Shown here one piece after another: positions 62,863-64,000 of a DNA stretch of 64,000 bases. The position numbers and the translations under genes were made by a program. Each line of letters starts with the position of its first letter. Within the stretch, counting starts at the first letter, position 1. This stretch comes from Vicugna vicugna. Its lineage: Eukaryota. A model generated the notes under the pieces. It saw nothing but the letters and a program-made list of their open reading frames with translations. It ran no database searches and was not told the origin of the DNA. Location: contig MU058475.1 of assembly GCA_013265495.1 (NCBI GenBank), positions 124,001-188,000 of the forward strand, read 5' to 3'.

Positions 62863-64000
62863 AAAGAGACAACTCATAGGGTTGTCTATGGAGACAAAAT
62901 GAGTTAGTTTTCATTAAGCTCTTGGGGTAGTTTCTGGCAGAGAATAAGCACTATCTATAAGCCTGTTAAATAACTTTACATTCATATTTCCTTTTTGGAG
63001 TTGTTTTTTTTTTTCAAGTTTTTCTATCTTTAGGGTTATACCCTCCAGCTGGAACTTGAGGATACTGAATATATGCCCTTTATGTAACACATTCAAGGCT
63101 TGAGACTAGTCCATGGTGGGTACAGACAGATAACATGGCTTTTCTGGGTATTTTAGTTATTTCATCTACAAAATGGTAATAGCTCTAGTCCTGCCTCACA
63201 GGACTGCCCTGAAGGTAAAATAAAACAATGCAAGAAAGCACACTGTAGACTGTGATCGTGTTCTTCCGCACCCTTGTGGACACAGACATACATGCCCCTT
63301 AAAACGCTTCTAAGACTTTCGGGAAGTTGTGAGGGGCATTCTAAAAAGTTAAATTACCCCAGATTAAAATTAGTTCACAGAAGAAAAAGGTCAAATATGC
63401 AGATTATTAAGAGCCTGAACTGAAATCACAAAGCATATATATTATATTTGACTGGTAGTATGAGATTGACCAACTTAATACATTTTTGTGTTTAATCAAA
63501 GAAATTCTGCGTTAAAAGACAAACATAAAAACTTCCCCAAATCACCCCAAATCAGTGATATTTTCACTTGAGAAAGATTCAGCCCTATTTAGAGATTGTT
63601 TCTGGCAATATTCCACAAAATCAAACGTAAGAGTTCACTTATTACAGATAAGAACACACTTTCAGGCTTCACCTGCAGACCGTGTGAAAGGTGATGCTGT
63701 GTGACTAAGCTGCCAAAGAGTCCTTATAATGTCTCAAATATATGGATTTTTATGAATAAGAAACATTTCCTGTTAATTAGTACCTTAGGTGCAAATAAAA
63801 AAAAAATTTTGGCATAGAACTCTAGTCTTCCTATTTAGTTTCCTGATACTTCTTGGTGTCCTTTCCTGAAAATTATGTTTGAAAATACATTTAAAAAATT
63901 CTTACATCATTTAAATCTTTGAAATGAGGCCTTTACCTGGAATTGTTCAATAAATAGTCTGAGTTAATTAAACAGCACTGTTTTTATGCCCATGGGAGAT

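Noticed and set aside
46100..64000. Next syntenic gene (TAF5L in human) upstream of ABCB10
   Set aside because: No TAF5L-like or WD40 coding exon is recognisable; the region is repeat-rich intergenic DNA.

Overview
Mammalian genomic DNA, very probably camelid (alpaca/camel), judged from nine tRNA-Ala-derived vic-1-like SINEs. It is a draft assembly with two N gaps. Two spliced genes lie head-to-tail on the minus strand. ABCB10 (mitochondrial inner-membrane ABC half-transporter) has all 13 coding exons, 45466->12841. Every intron is GT-AG with consistent phases, and most of exon 1 is hidden in a 339-N gap. NUP133 is represented by coding exons 1-4 (6459->228) and runs off the left edge. Each gene has a CpG-island promoter. 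The rest is intronic or intergenic DNA rich in L1, SINE, MLT/ERVL, L2/MIR and MER elements. Nearly all other ORFs in the supplied track are spurious. I found no evidence of a new protein-coding system or a CRISPR array. The most unusual signals are: a triplicated 44-bp CRE+GC-box module with unique spacers in the NUP133 promoter; two SINE-L1 chimeras; an L1 3' transduction; an internal L1 fragment with its own target-site duplication (TSD); a 25-bp templated patch beside an L1 RT active-site motif; and inverted L1 ends flanking a frame-preserving ABCB10 exon 2-6 block. Repeat family names come from memory of consensus sequences and repeat boundaries are approximate.
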